The notes under the pieces: model-generated
Database searches by the model: none
What the model saw: only the letters and a program-made list of their open reading frames with translations
What the model was told of the DNA's origin: nothing
Source of the DNA: an uncultured Rhodospirillales bacterium
Lineage (GTDB): Bacteria; Pseudomonadota; Alphaproteobacteria; Bin95
Length of the DNA stretch: 29,031 bases
Direction of reading: 5' to 3'
Assembly: GCA_964474065.1 (NCBI GenBank)
Contig: CAYYSC010000002.1
Coordinates: 1 to 29,031, forward strand
Shown: positions 1 through 10,808 of the stretch, piece after piece
Layout: every line of letters starts with the position of its first letter
Numbering within the stretch: the stretch's first letter is position 1
Program-made: the position numbers and the translations under genes

Positions 1-468
1 GTGCGCGCCGCGGCGCAGCAGCTTCGCGCCAATGAATATCCTTTTACTTTTCATGGCTTCGTTGAAGGTAACCAGATCACCACAGGTGCCGTCGATGTTG
101 TCGTAACCGATGGTTTTACCGGCAACATTGCGCTGAAAACCGCCGAAGGAACGGCTGAGCTCTACAGCCATTTCCTGCGACAGGCGTTCAAGTCGTCCTG
201 GGCGGCCAAGATCGGATACCTGCTCGCGCAGAAGGCGCTGCGGCAGCTTCGGGCCCGCGTTGACCCGCGGCGGTATAACGGTGCAGTGTTCGCCGGCCTT
301 AACGGCATTGTTGTGAAAAGCCATGGAGGGTCGGATGCCCTCGGTTTTGCGAACGCAGTCGGCGTTGCGGCCGATATGGTGGAGCAAGGCTTCATGGCAG
401 ATATCCGGAAGGAGTGCGAACGGTTGAACTGGAACCACGCCCGGGCCGCGACGGTGACATCTGCGTAG
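1..468 (+). CDS. plsX: Phosphate acyltransferase PlsX, C-terminal part (5' end outside window)
   Basis: Motifs F.GFVEG, DVVVTDGFTGNIALKT.EG, YNGAVFAGLNGIVVKSHG; lies directly upstream of fabH as in the conserved plsX-fabH operon. Confidence 0.96.
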   Translation: MRAAAQQLRANEYPFTFHGFVEGNQITTGAVDVVVTDGFTGNIALKTAEGTAELYSHFLRQAFKSSWAAKIGYLLAQKALRQLRARVDPRRYNGAVFAGLNGIVVKSHGGSDALGFANAVGVAADMVEQGFMADIRKECERLNWNHARAATVTSA

Positions 469-471
469 CCG

Positions 472-1446
472 ATGATGTATCGTTCTTTTGTTGCTGGCTG
501 CGGCGCGTATCTGCCTGAACGCGTCGTCGAAAATGCAGAACTGGCTACGCTGGTCGACACTTCAGACGAGTGGATTGTCGAGCGCACGGGGATCCACCGC
601 CGGCATATTGCAGCGGCCGGTGAGACGACGAGCGATCTGGCCTATGCGGCTGCCCGGGCAGCCTTGCGCAACGCCGATATGACTGTCGACGACATCGACT
701 TGATTGTGCTGGCCACGGCAACGCCGGACAATACCTTTCCCGCCACAGCAACGCAGGTTCAGGCCCGGCTTGGCATGGCCCATGGCGCCGCCTTTGATGT
801 GCAGGCCGTTTGCTCCGGCTTCGTCTTTGCGCTCTCGGTTGCCGACAATTTCATTCGAACTGGTCAGTCGAGAGCGGCGCTGGTGATCGGCGCGGAAACT
901 TTTTCCCGAATCCTGGATTGGCAGGATCGTGCGACCTGCGTCCTGTTCGGCGATGGAGCGGGCGCGGTGGTGCTGCGGCAGTCACCGGGGACGGACAGTG
1001 TTGCGGAGCGGGGAATTTTGTCCACGCACCTCCATTCGGACGGCCGATTTAAAGAGCACTTGTACGTGGATGGCGGCCCGTCTTCGACACAGTCCACCGG
1101 CTACCTTCGGATGGCCGGCAAAGAAGTCTTCCGGCATGCGGTTACGAACTTGGCGAACGTCGTTCGGGAGGCGTTGGATGCCAACAAAATTTCCGCAGAT
1201 CAGATCGACTGGGTCGTTCCGCATCAAGCAAATCAACGGATTCTGGACGCTACCGCGCGAAAATTGAAGATCGATCCGAGCAGGGTGATCAGCACGGTAG
1301 CCAGTCATGCCAACACATCGGCAGCTTCGGTTCCTCTCGCCCTGTCGACAGCAGTGGACGACGGCCGCATTAAACCGGGCGATTTGTTGATTTTGGAAGC
1401 GATGGGCGGTGGTTTTACCTGGGGATCGAGTCTGGTTCGCTGGTAG
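472..1446 (+). CDS. fabH: 3-oxoacyl-ACP synthase III
   Basis: [13 protein letters not shown], catalytic AVCSGF, VVPHQAN and HANTSAAS, C-terminal AMGGGFTWG. Confidence 0.98.
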   Translation: MMYRSFVAGCGAYLPERVVENAELATLVDTSDEWIVERTGIHRRHIAAAGETTSDLAYAAARAALRNADMTVDDIDLIVLATATPDNTFPATATQVQARLGMAHGAAFDVQAVCSGFVFALSVADNFIRTGQSRAALVIGAETFSRILDWQDRATCVLFGDGAGAVVLRQSPGTDSVAERGILSTHLHSDGRFKEHLYVDGGPSSTQSTGYLRMAGKEVFRHAVTNLANVVREALDANKISADQIDWVVPHQANQRILDATARKLKIDPSRVISTVASHANTSAASVPLALSTAVDDGRIKPGDLLILEAMGGGFTWGSSLVRW

Positions 1447-1494
1447 AAGGTTAAGCTACCGCGCCTGCTTGCGAAATTCTCCTGATCGAAGTTA

Positions 1495-1523
1495 TTGACA
1501 AGGCGGCGTACTCGTACGACTGT
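1495..1523 (+). promoter_or_regulatory. Putative sigma70 promoter for ihfA-merR
   Basis: Perfect TTGACA (1495-1500), 17-nt spacer, then GACTGT (keeps only the -11A and -7T), 28 nt before the ihfA ATG. Confidence 0.45.
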
Positions 1524-1551
1524 AAGTTCGCATTGTAGGGGATGAATTGAG

Positions 1552-1869
1552 ATGGCGGGCCAAACAGTCACCCGAGCCGACTTGAGCGAGGCGATTTGCG
1601 AAGAGGTCGGCTTGTCACGCGTTGATGCTGCTGAGTTGGTAGAATCGATTATCGATGAAATCTCTGATGCGCTCGTCAGGGGCGAGCAGGTGAAGATTTC
1701 ATCTTTCGGCAGCTTCTCGGTCCGCGAGAAGGGCGAGCGTTGGGGGCGTAATCCAAAGACCGGGGAGCCCGCACGGATTGATCCACGGAAGGTTTTGGTT
1801 TTCCGCCCGTCCCATATCCTGCGGGACCGCATGAACGGCGGTCACGAGTCTGGCGACGACGACGAATGA
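1552..1869 (+). CDS. ihfA: Integration host factor alpha subunit
   Basis: [41 protein letters not shown]; fabH-ihfA-merR-tRNA-Pro order is typical of Alphaproteobacteria. Confidence 0.96.
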   Translation: MAGQTVTRADLSEAICEEVGLSRVDAAELVESIIDEISDALVRGEQVKISSFGSFSVREKGERWGRNPKTGEPARIDPRKVLVFRPSHILRDRMNGGHESGDDDE

Positions 1870-2294
1870 AGGGGGATGCGGGCCGTTCTGCGCGGCGGAA
1901 GAGTCCGGACGCGTTCCGAACCATCGGAGAGGCTTCCGCGGAATTGGATATCCCGGCTCATGTCTTGCGGTTCTGGGAGACGAAATTTCCGAACCTGAAG
2001 CCGCTTACCCGGCGTGGCGGCCGGCGATATTACCGCCCGGCTGATATTGACCTGCTTCAAACGATCAAGCGCCTGCTCTACGAGGAAGGATTCACCATCA
2101 AGGGGGCGCAAAAGTTTTTGGATCAGCGGCGCAACCTGGATGAACTCGCCAAGGCGCCGGCCGCGGACAGGGCGGTAAAGACCCAAGATATCAATGCACT
2201 TCACGCCTTGCGTACGGAAATTGCTGCCCTTGCTATCGAGGCTCGGCAGGTCGCCGGCGGGGGTATACCGCGAACCGAAACCGACAAGGATTGA
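1866..2294 (+). CDS. MerR-family transcriptional regulator
   Basis: [13 protein letters not shown]...[25 protein letters not shown]...IK.LLY.EG.TIKG; ATGA overlap with ihfA. Confidence 0.93.
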   Translation: MKGDAGRSARRKSPDAFRTIGEASAELDIPAHVLRFWETKFPNLKPLTRRGGRRYYRPADIDLLQTIKRLLYEEGFTIKGAQKFLDQRRNLDELAKAPAADRAVKTQDINALHALRTEIAALAIEARQVAGGGIPRTETDKD

Positions 2295-2323
2295 TTGCCA
2301 TAGAGTGCCGGCCTCGCTATGGT
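2295..2323 (+). promoter_or_regulatory. Putative sigma70 promoter of tRNA-Pro
   Basis: TTGCCA (2295-2300)-N17-TATGGT (2318-2323), 11 nt before the tRNA 5' end. Confidence 0.6.
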
Positions 2324-2334
2324 CACCGGCCTAT

Positions 2335-2411
2335 CGGAGCGTAGCGCAGCTTGGTAGCGCGCCAGCATGGGGAGCTGGAGGTCGTGGGTTCAAATCCCGC
2401 CGCTCCGACCA
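2335..2411 (+). tRNA. tRNA-Pro, anticodon GGG
   Basis: 77 nt; acceptor CGGAGCG/CGCTCCG, D arm GCGC..GCGC, anticodon stem CCAGC/GCTGG with loop ATGGGGA, T loop TTCAAAT, encoded ACCA end. Confidence 0.97.
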
Positions 2412-2473
2412 GTTAATTCAACCCGCCCATTACCCAAGGGCGGAGACAGTCGCGGCCCGGCTGCGTTACAAAT

Positions 2474-4387
2474 GTGACGAACGGGGCATGTTCAGACCGA
2501 TACGGACCGACTGGTTACTTGCAGCTATCGCATTTAATCTGGCGCAGCGCGACTGTGGCGCATGCTTCTTTCTGGCGGCGCATTCGGCGGAGCATAGCCG
2601 TGATTGCCGTCGGCGCGGCAACGCTTCCGGCAGTGGCTAATCCTCAATCCGAAGCCCCGGAAGTGGAGGGCTTCTCCCCCGTTTCCTACGAAGCCGACCT
2701 GGTCGGCGCTCCTAGCGCAAAAGCCGAGGATTTGCTCAAGGCCAGCCTCAAGGTTTTCCGCTTTCAGGAGGAGGGAGCGCCGAGTATCCCCATGCTCAGG
2801 GGGCGGGCGACGGCCGATGTGGACATCGGCCAGCGGGTGATGCGATCCCTGGGCTATTACGAGGCGACCTTCGAGACCAACGTTGCGGCGCGCGAGGGCC
2901 AGCCGGCGATGGTCACGGTCCGGGTGATGCCCGGCCGGCCCTTTACGCTCGCCAGTCATCGTTTCGATGTTTCGCACGATCTGTTGAGTCCGCCGCCCGA
3001 CCTCACGAGCGCAGAGAAGTTGGGCTCGCCTGTCGGCGCCGCCGCGCGCGCAGAGGCCATTCTGGAGGCTGAAGCCGCGGCGATCCGGCGACTGAAGCGG
3101 CAAGGTTATCCCTACGCCGAACAATCAGAACGGGATGCGGTGATGAATCCGGAAGAGGCCACCCTGGAGGTGAACACGTCCATCGCTGCCGGTCGGCAAT
3201 ACCGTTATGGCGAATTAAGTTTCGATGGGATTCCAGACGTCGAAGAAACCTATCTCCGGACCTATGTTCCCTGGGAAGCCGGCCATTTGGTGGATTTGGA
3301 ACAATTGGCAGCCTATCAAAGAAGGCTGATTGAAACAGGGCTGTTTGCAGCCGGCTCTGTGACATTGCCCGAAGAACCGCCAGATGGGGAAGCGGCTCCG
3401 ATTCAGGCCACAATGGAGCAGAGGCCTTTTCGCACCGTCGCAGCGGGCGCCCGTTACTCCACCGATGTTGGGCCGGGCGTGAAGCTTGAGTTCCAACACC
3501 GAAACCTATTTGGCGCCAACGAGACGTTCAAAGCCGTTGCCGAAACCGGGTTCGAGGAGCAGCGCCTCGACCTGAGCTACATCGAGCCTCAATTCGGGCG
3601 CGCGGGCCAGGACCTGATTGCCGGCGTCTCGCTCCGCAACCTCACCACCGATGCTTTTGATGAAACGGCTGCCACGTTCACCCTGGGACTGGAGCGCGAG
3701 TTGACGCCGAACTTGGTCGTAGGTGCAGGCGGTTTGATCGAGATCACCATTACCGAGTCCGCCGACTCCGAGGGAACGGCGTATCTTGGCGGTTTGCCGG
3801 CATTTGCCGAATACATCTCGACGGACGATCCATTGAACCCGACTGAAGGTTGGGTGGTCCGTGCCAATGCCACGCCGTTTCTGGGGCATTTTGACGAGAA
3901 TTTTGTGCCTTTTCTGAACTTGGAAACCTCTGCTTCCACTTACTTCGCACTGGATGGGGATGCACGCTATGTGCTCGCGGTTCGCGGGAGGGCCGGTTCG
4001 ATCCTTGCGCAGGAGCTCGAAGACGTACCCCCGGGTCGCCGTCTTTATTCCGGGGGCGGAGGCTCTGTCCGGGGGTACGAGGAACGCCACATCGGCCCCC
4101 TGGGAGCGAACGGTGACCCTATCGGTGGCCTTTCGGTGTTGGAAGGAGGGGTGGAATTCCGGGCGCGGGTCTACGGCGATTTTGGCACGGCCGTATTCCT
4201 GGAAGCCGGTTCCGTTGCGGAGGACACAGTGCCGACCTTTGAGGAGGGGGTTCAATATGCCGCGGGCGGAGGCCTGCGATATTTCTCGCCGGTTGGTCCG
4301 ATTCGCGTTGACGTTGGCGTGCCGCTGAATCCGCGGCGTGGTGACGACAATTTCATAGTCTACTTTTCAATCGGGCAGGCATTTTGA
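2474..4387 (+). CDS. tamA: TamA / Omp85-family autotransporter assembly protein (start uncertain; GTG at 2555 also plausible)
   Basis: POTRA-like N-terminal part (MRSLGYY, GYPYA), barrel motifs R.YSGGGGSVRGY and GGGLRYFSPVGPIRVDVG.PLN, C-terminal YFSIGQAF; paired with tamB. Confidence 0.9.
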   Translation: MTNGACSDRYGPTGYLQLSHLIWRSATVAHASFWRRIRRSIAVIAVGAATLPAVANPQSEAPEVEGFSPVSYEADLVGAPSAKAEDLLKASLKVFRFQEEGAPSIPMLRGRATADVDIGQRVMRSLGYYEATFETNVAAREGQPAMVTVRVMPGRPFTLASHRFDVSHDLLSPPPDLTSAEKLGSPVGAAARAEAILEAEAAAIRRLKRQGYPYAEQSERDAVMNPEEATLEVNTSIAAGRQYRYGELSFDGIPDVEETYLRTYVPWEAGHLVDLEQLAAYQRRLIETGLFAAGSVTLPEEPPDGEAAPIQATMEQRPFRTVAAGARYSTDVGPGVKLEFQHRNLFGANETFKAVAETGFEEQRLDLSYIEPQFGRAGQDLIAGVSLRNLTTDAFDETAATFTLGLERELTPNLVVGAGGLIEITITESADSEGTAYLGGLPAFAEYISTDDPLNPTEGWVVRANATPFLGHFDENFVPFLNLETSASTYFALDGDARYVLAVRGRAGSILAQELEDVPPGRRLYSGGGGSVRGYEERHIGPLGANGDPIGGLSVLEGGVEFRARVYGDFGTAVFLEAGSVAEDTVPTFEEGVQYAAGGGLRYFSPVGPIRVDVGVPLNPRRGDDNFIVYFSIGQAF

Positions 4388-7300
4388 AGGCGGCGCTCAT
4401 CCTCGCGTTCAGTGTATGGGTGGCCTCGGTCTCGCCCGCTTTTGCCCAGCTATCCTTGCTGGGGCTTAAGAACAACCTCATCCAGTTTGTGCTCGGCCAG
4501 ATCAGTGTGCCGGGAGAGTTCGAAATCACCGTCGAAAAGGTAGAAGAGCCGGGCGACGGGGCGACCGACCTGGTAGGCGTGAAGGTTGCCGATAGCGAGG
4601 GAGTCTGGCTGACGATCAGACGCGTTTCGCTGAAGTGGCGACCGCTTCGGCTTGTGACGGGCAAAATCCATATCACCGACCTCACCACTACGGAGGTGAG
4701 GGTGCACCGATTGCCGAGACCTGCCGGGCCGGCGGAGGAGCCGCCAGAGGAAGAAGGGGATGGCGAGATTGCTTGGCCGCGATCGCCGATATCGGTCCGC
4801 CTGGACAATCTGGTCTTGAACCAAGTCGAGATTGCGGAGGACGTCATTGATGGGCAAGCCGTGTCATTTGATGCAGCCGGGTCCTTTCGGGACGAAGGGA
4901 ATGTGCAGTCTGCTGCGTTGACGCTGGAACGCACGGACAAGGTAGACGCCACTGTCCAATTGGCCTTTGAGCGGCAGTTCGAGGCGGATCGGTTGCGCTT
5001 CGATCTGAAGGCGGAGGAAGGACCCGGCGGCTTGGTGGCGTCTCTTGCTAACCTGCCGCCCGACGCGGGAGCGAGTGTCAGAATCTTCGGCAGCGGTCCG
5101 ATTGAGGACTGGCAGGCCGACCTGGATGCGCTGGTTGAACAGCGGTTGCAGGCTAACGGAAAGATCGTGGTCCGTTCGGTTCAACCTTTATCCCTGACCA
5201 CTGCCCTGCGTGTTCAGTCTGAAGGCGAGCTTCGCCAAACGATAGAGCCGGTTCTGGGCCCTACGCTCAATCTTGACGCTGACGCGGTGGTCGAGACGGA
5301 AGGATTGATTACGTTACAGCAACTGCAAATCCGCGGGGAAAATGCCGAAGTATCGGCTCAGGGCACCTTCGACACCAATACCCAGGAAATGGACGCCGAG
5401 GCACAGGCCACGATAGTGGCGGTGGGCGAGCCATTCCTCCCCGGCGCGAGGGTCCAGAACATTGGCTTCGAGGGGCGTGTTTCGGGCACTCCGAATTCTC
5501 TGACAGCCGACGGCAGGATCACTCTGGCAGAAGTGGCTGCCGATGCCCTGCAGGCCACCGGCGTGAGCCTGAATGGAGAGGTTGCCGTGGCAGGGGAAAC
5601 GATCCGGTTCGACCTTTCCGGGCAGAGCGAGACCCTGACGGCAGACAAGCTGGACCTTCACCAAGGCGGCGTGCTCCGCTTCGGCGGGGAGGGAGAAATG
5701 GCCGCCGGCGTCCTGACGCTCCAAACCTTTTCCGTTACGTCGCCACTGCTCAGTGTCGAGGCGGACGGCCAAGTTTTTTTGGATGAAGGCCGGCTGGACT
5801 TGCTGTACCGCGCGGACGTGCTGGAACTGACACCGGTTGCGGCGGCCTATGGTGCCGCCGCTGCCGGGACGCTGACGGGCCAAGGCACCGTTGCCGGGCC
5901 GTTTGACGCGCTGGCAGTGTCGGGCGGTCTGTCGTTAGCCGGCCTGTCATGGCAGGAACAGGAAATCGGCAATCTTGAACTGAACCATGATGCCACCATC
6001 GCGGAGACCATTGCCGCAGCCCTGGATCTGACGCTCCGCGATTCTCCTTACGGTCCCGCCATGGTCGCGACGGAATTGGCCCTCGCAGGCAACCAGCTGG
6101 AACTGAGGTCGCTGGAAGCCAGTGCACTCGGCGTCGATGCAGAGAGCATCGAACCGCTTACCGTGGACCTAGATACCATGCTGGCGTCCGGAAAGCTGGA
6201 ATGGCAGGCGCCCGATCTCTCCCAAGCCGGCAACGCCCTGGGCACGCCTTTGCAAGGGAAGGCGAGCGGCAGCGCTGCCCTCGTTCGGGCAAACGGCCAG
6301 CAGGATATAATCCTCGCGGTGAACGGCGCCAACCTGGCGGCGGGCGATGCTCGGGTGCAGCGTGTGACGCTCGATGCGTCCCTGAGCGATGTCCTGGCTG
6401 AGATGCCAAAGGTACAGGCGCGATTACGGGCGACGCAGGTGGCGGCGGGTGGCGCGACCCTTACCGAAACGACAGCCCGCGCCGAGGGGGCGTTATCGTC
6501 CCTGCAGCTAACCCTGCAGACAGAGGGGGAGGCGTCGGATGGTGAGCCTGTGGCGGCGGAGACCGCCATGACGGCCGATCTCTCCGCTGCGCCACAGCGG
6601 ATCACGGTCTCGAAGCTGAGCGCCAACTATGCCGATCAGGAGGCGCGTCTAGCCCAGCCTGCCGTGATCGAGGTGCAAGAATCCGGCACTTTCATCCGGG
6701 ACCTGAATCTCCGGACACTGGGCGGCAGCGTGGCCGGAAACGTGGCCATGCTCCCGGCTTCGCTCCAGGGGGACCTGCAGGTCGATTTTCCAGACCTGGA
6801 GCCACTTGCGCGGTTGGCTGACCTGCCGGTGAGGGAAGGGAGCCTCAACGTGAGCGCCGAGTTCGACACGGCGCAGTCGGCCAACTGGCGGTTCGAGGTC
6901 GCCGGGCTCCGCCTCGCCGAAATCGATAGCGGCGAACGGGAGTTCGCCATCAGCCTGCTGGGAGGCTGGAACGGACGCGAAGTCGGGCTGCAGGCGCAGA
7001 TGGCCGGCGACTTCGGCATGCCAGCGACTGCCGAGATCAGCTTTCCGCTTCGGCCCGGTCCCGGATTGGTTCCCACCCCGGCACCGGGTGCTCCGCTTAA
7101 CGGCTTTGTGCGCTGGTCAGGCGACATCCAGCGGGTTTGGGCGCTCGTGCCCGCTCCCGACCATTATGTCCGAGGCGAGGCGGACGTTGATCTCGATATC
7201 GGCGGAACTATCGCGGAACCGGCTTTGGCCGGCCGGGCAAACGTCAACGATGGCCGGTATGAGTTCCTGGAAACGGGTACCATCCTGACCGATCTCAGGA

Positions 7301-8346
7301 TCCGGTCGTCCGTCACCGAGGACGGCAGCTTTAATCTCAGCTTGGATGCGGAAGACCCGCAGGGCAGGCCGGTCAAGGGCGTGATTTCGCTCGACGGAAC
7401 GGAACTCGACGCCTCGATTACTACCGACAAAGCATTGTTGGTCACACGGGAGGACGTAACGGCGCGCATCACGGCCAACATCGAAGCCAAGGGGCCGGTG
7501 ACTGCTCCTGCCGTTGAGGGCGATGTGCTGATCAATCGGGCGGAGGTACGCTTGGTTCAAGCAATGCCGCCGGAGATCGCGACGCTTGGCGACGTTCGCA
7601 TCAAGGGAGCGCCGGTTCCAAGACCGGAGCCGTCCGAAGACGGCAATATCACGCTGGATATCTCCGTGCGCGCTCCGAACGATATTTTCGTGCGCGGCCG
7701 GGGATTGGACAGCGAGTGGCAAATGGATCTGACCGTGGAAGGGACCGCCGCCAAGCCACGGGTGGTGGGCAGCATCGAGCGGATCCGCGGGCAGTTGGTT
7801 CTTCTGGGCAAGACCTTCGAGATGGACAGCGGGGTGATCGACTTTAATGGGGCGGTGCCAGTGAATCCGACCTTGGACATTGCGCTATTGCGGAGTGCAG
7901 ATGGCATCCGAGGCGGAATCCAGGTTTCGGGGACAGCGAACGATCCAGCCGTCGACTTCGTGTCGACGCCTTCGCTCCCGGAGGGAGAGGTGATGCCGCG
8001 TGTCCTGTTTTCGCGCTCGCGCCAGTCGCTGAGCGCGGTGGAGGCGTTAGAGTTGGCGAGCGGCATCGCAACGCTGTTGAGCGGTTCTGGCGGGACGGTG
8101 GACCGGGTGCGGACCGCCGTCGGACTCGATGTCTTGCGGTTCGGAAGCACGGAGGAGGGGGAAGCCGAGGTTACGATCGGCCAGAACATAGCGGAGGGAG
8201 TGTTCGTGGGTGCCAGCCAGCCGATCGACGGCACCGCGCCGAGCCTGAATGTGGAAGTGGAAGTCCTCGACGACGTCTTGCTGGAGAGCGAGGTCAAGGA
8301 GACCGGGGGCACTTCCATCGGTGTGAAGTGGAAATACGATTTCTGA
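4384..8346 (+). CDS. tamB: TamB translocation/assembly module protein (C-terminal DUF490)
   Basis: 1320 aa; N-terminal hydrophobic anchor; DUF490-like C terminus (IFVRGRGLDSEW, GQLVLLGKTF, P.LDI, FVSTPSLPEGEVM.R.LF, SIGVKWKYDF); TTG start overlapping the tamA TGA. Confidence 0.9.
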   Translation: MKAALILAFSVWVASVSPAFAQLSLLGLKNNLIQFVLGQISVPGEFEITVEKVEEPGDGATDLVGVKVADSEGVWLTIRRVSLKWRPLRLVTGKIHITDLTTTEVRVHRLPRPAGPAEEPPEEEGDGEIAWPRSPISVRLDNLVLNQVEIAEDVIDGQAVSFDAAGSFRDEGNVQSAALTLERTDKVDATVQLAFERQFEADRLRFDLKAEEGPGGLVASLANLPPDAGASVRIFGSGPIEDWQADLDALVEQRLQANGKIVVRSVQPLSLTTALRVQSEGELRQTIEPVLGPTLNLDADAVVETEGLITLQQLQIRGENAEVSAQGTFDTNTQEMDAEAQATIVAVGEPFLPGARVQNIGFEGRVSGTPNSLTADGRITLAEVAADALQATGVSLNGEVAVAGETIRFDLSGQSETLTADKLDLHQGGVLRFGGEGEMAAGVLTLQTFSVTSPLLSVEADGQVFLDEGRLDLLYRADVLELTPVAAAYGAAAAGTLTGQGTVAGPFDALAVSGGLSLAGLSWQEQEIGNLELNHDATIAETIAAALDLTLRDSPYGPAMVATELALAGNQLELRSLEASALGVDAESIEPLTVDLDTMLASGKLEWQAPDLSQAGNALGTPLQGKASGSAALVRANGQQDIILAVNGANLAAGDARVQRVTLDASLSDVLAEMPKVQARLRATQVAAGGATLTETTARAEGALSSLQLTLQTEGEASDGEPVAAETAMTADLSAAPQRITVSKLSANYADQEARLAQPAVIEVQESGTFIRDLNLRTLGGSVAGNVAMLPASLQGDLQVDFPDLEPLARLADLPVREGSLNVSAEFDTAQSANWRFEVAGLRLAEIDSGEREFAISLLGGWNGREVGLQAQMAGDFGMPATAEISFPLRPGPGLVPTPAPGAPLNGFVRWSGDIQRVWALVPAPDHYVRGEADVDLDIGGTIAEPALAGRANVNDGRYEFLETGTILTDLRIRSSVTEDGSFNLSLDAEDPQGRPVKGVISLDGTELDASITTDKALLVTREDVTARITANIEAKGPVTAPAVEGDVLINRAEVRLVQAMPPEIATLGDVRIKGAPVPRPEPSEDGNITLDISVRAPNDIFVRGRGLDSEWQMDLTVEGTAAKPRVVGSIERIRGQLVLLGKTFEMDSGVIDFNGAVPVNPTLDIALLRSADGIRGGIQVSGTANDPAVDFVSTPSLPEGEVMPRVLFSRSRQSLSAVEALELASGIATLLSGSGGTVDRVRTAVGLDVLRFGSTEEGEAEVTIGQNIAEGVFVGASQPIDGTAPSLNVEVEVLDDVLLESEVKETGGTSIGVKWKYDF

Positions 8347-8364
8347 CGGGCACTGTGGGGCGAT

Positions 8365-8391
8365 AAAGGCCGTCTCCCAAGAAGGCGGCCT
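8365..8391 (-). terminator. Putative intrinsic terminator between convergent tamB and pheT
   Basis: Stem AGGCCGTC (8367-8374) / GGCGGCCT (8384-8391); only a short T run on the minus strand. Confidence 0.45.
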
Positions 8392-8414
8392 CTCACGGCG
8401 GTGCCATGAAAATA

Positions 8415-10808
8415 TTAGCCGCGCAGTTTGCCGCCGGTCGCTTTTTCCACCGCCGCGACGACCTTGGCGCCAAGCGCATCGATTTGCTCGTCGGTGAGCG
8501 TAGCCTCGCGCGGCTGGTAAGTGACGGACAGGGCCAAAGACTTTTGCCCCTCGGGTACGCCCTGGCCTTTATAGACATCGAATACCGAAACATCGGTGAT
8601 CATCGTCTTGTCTGCCTGGCGTACTGCCCGCATCACGGTTTCCGCCGGCACATCCTCCTCCACGAGGAAGGCGAAATCGCGCTCCACCGGCAATAGCGGC
8701 TCCAGTTTGAGCAGCGCTCGGGCTTTGCCTTTCGCGCGGGGCAAAGGGATGTGATCCAGGAAGCACTCAAAGCCAACGGCGGTGCCGTCGATATCGTAAT
8801 CGCGGAGGATTGCCGGATGCATGGCACCGAAATAAGCCAAGACCGCCTTGCCCAGGCGGATCGAACCGGATTGGCCGGGATGGTACCAGGAAGGAGCCTC
8901 CGCTACCACTTGGGCGGTGTCCACCGGCGCGCCGCAGCCGGCCAACGCGGCAAGCGCGTCCGCCTTGGCATCGAACACGTCGACCGCGCGCGGCGTCTCT
9001 GCCCAGTGTCGAGGCCCGGTTTGGCCCCAACGCAGGCCGGCGGCCATCAGGTCCTGGCCGGTGTGGGAGGAGTCGCGGTATTGCGGCCCCACCTCGAACA
9101 GCCCCGCCGAGCGGAAGCCGCGGTCGCGGTTGCGCCGGGCGGCATCCAGCAGGTTCGGCAGGATGGAAGGCCGCATCTGGTCGAGTTCGGCCGAAATCGG
9201 ATTGACCAGGCTCAGTTCCGCTGCACCGCCGCCGAATTTTTCCGCCTGTCCCTTCGGCATGAAAGAAAAGGTCACCGCCTCCAGCAGGCCGCGCACCGCC
9301 AATGCCCGCCGGGCGCGTGGACGCCGGGCCTGGCTTTCGCTCACCGCTGGCTGCGGCAGCGTGGTCTGGCGGGGGAGCGGAGTAACCGGAATGGCGTCAT
9401 AGCCGTGGACGCGGATCACCTCCTCCACCAGATCCGCCTCGCCATGAACGTCCGGCCGCCAGGAAGGCGGGGAGACCATAATGCCGTCATCCGTGAGTTC
9501 CCAGCCGAAGCCGAGCGTTTTCAAGGTCGCCTCTGCCACTTCCCGCAGGACGTCGACTCCTGTCAGTTCCTGCACGCGCTGCGGCCGGAAGTGGTAGGAC
9601 CGCCGCCATTCGGGCTCCTCTCCTGCGATCACGAGTTCTGACGGCTCGCCGCCGCACAGTTCCAGGATCATGGCCGTCGCCCCTTCGGCGCCCGGGATCA
9701 GGGACTGCGGATCGACGCCGCGCTCGAACCGGTAGCGTGCATCGGAGTGGATGCCGAGCTTGCGGCCGGTTGCGGCGGTACGGGTAGGGTCGAACCAAGC
9801 GCTTTCGACGAAAACGTTTTCCGTCTCCCCCGTACAGCCAGACGGTTCGCCACCCATGATGCCGCCGAAGGCTTCCGCGCATTTCTCGTCCGCGATCATG
9901 CACATGGTCTCATCGGCGGTGTAGGTGCGGCCATCCAGGGCTTCCAATGTCTCTCCAGGCTTGCCGAACCGGACATGGATATCCCCGTTCACCTTGTCGG
10001 CATCGAAAACGTGCAACGGACGGGCGCGGTCGTAGGTGAAGTAATTGGTAATATCGACCAGCGCTGAGATTGGCCGGAGGCCGATCGCCTTCAGCCGCTG
10101 CTGCAGCCAAGCGGGGCTTGGCCCATTCTTCACGCCGCGGATGTAGCGGCCGACGAAGATCGGACAGGCGTCGCCTGCCTCAAGATGAACGTTGATCGGC
10201 GAGCCGAAATTGCCGGCTACCTTGCCTGAATAGGGCTCCGGCTTCAGGATACCCAGCCCCGCCGCGGCCAAGTCGCGGGCGATGCCGCGGATGCCCGCGC
10301 AGTCGCCCCGGTTCGGCGTCAGGCCGATCTCCACCACTGGGTCGTTCAGGCCCATCACCTCGGCGAAGGGTGTGCCGACCGGCGGGTCCAGGTCGGTCAC
10401 GTCGATGATGCCGGCATGATCGCTGGAGAGTTCCAGTTCCCGCTCGGAGACAAGCATCCCAGAGGAGGCCTCGCCGCGAATCTCGGCAGCCTTGAGCGTG
10501 ATGTCCGTGCCGGGAATGTAGGTGCCTTCCGGGGCGAAGACGCCCTTCATGCCGGAGCGTGCGTTCGGGGCGCCGCAGACCACCTGTACCTCGCCCTCAC
10601 CCGTGTCGACGCGGCACACGCGCAGGCGGTCGGCATTCGGGTGCTGTTTCGCCTCGACCACATAGGCGACGCGGAAAGGCTGCAGCGTTTCCGCAGGGTT
10701 GGTAATGCTGTCTACCTCCAAACCCAGCATCGTGAGGCGCTCGCAGATTTCCTCCAGGGGCGCTTGCGTCTCCAGATGGTCTTTCAGCCAGCCGAGCGTG
10801 AACTTCAT
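8415..10808 (-). CDS. pheT: Phenylalanine--tRNA ligase beta subunit
   Basis: [47 protein letters not shown]-terminal anticodon-binding domain. Confidence 0.99.
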   Translation of the reverse strand: MKFTLGWLKDHLETQAPLEEICERLTMLGLEVDSITNPAETLQPFRVAYVVEAKQHPNADRLRVCRVDTGEGEVQVVCGAPNARSGMKGVFAPEGTYIPGTDITLKAAEIRGEASSGMLVSERELELSSDHAGIIDVTDLDPPVGTPFAEVMGLNDPVVEIGLTPNRGDCAGIRGIARDLAAAGLGILKPEPYSGKVAGNFGSPINVHLEAGDACPIFVGRYIRGVKNGPSPAWLQQRLKAIGLRPISALVDITNYFTYDRARPLHVFDADKVNGDIHVRFGKPGETLEALDGRTYTADETMCMIADEKCAEAFGGIMGGEPSGCTGETENVFVESAWFDPTRTAATGRKLGIHSDARYRFERGVDPQSLIPGAEGATAMILELCGGEPSELVIAGEEPEWRRSYHFRPQRVQELTGVDVLREVAEATLKTLGFGWELTDDGIMVSPPSWRPDVHGEADLVEEVIRVHGYDAIPVTPLPRQTTLPQPAVSESQARRPRARRALAVRGLLEAVTFSFMPKGQAEKFGGGAAELSLVNPISAELDQMRPSILPNLLDAARRNRDRGFRSAGLFEVGPQYRDSSHTGQDLMAAGLRWGQTGPRHWAETPRAVDVFDAKADALAALAGCGAPVDTAQVVAEAPSWYHPGQSGSIRLGKAVLAYFGAMHPAILRDYDIDGTAVGFECFLDHIPLPRAKGKARALLKLEPLLPVERDFAFLVEEDVPAETVMRAVRQADKTMITDVSVFDVYKGQGVPEGQKSLALSVTYQPREATLTDEQIDALGAKVVAAVEKATGGKLRG

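Noticed and set aside
2422-2443. Hairpin CCGCCC/GGGCGG after the tRNA
   Set aside because: No U tract; it could be a processing or pause hairpin but cannot be called a terminator.
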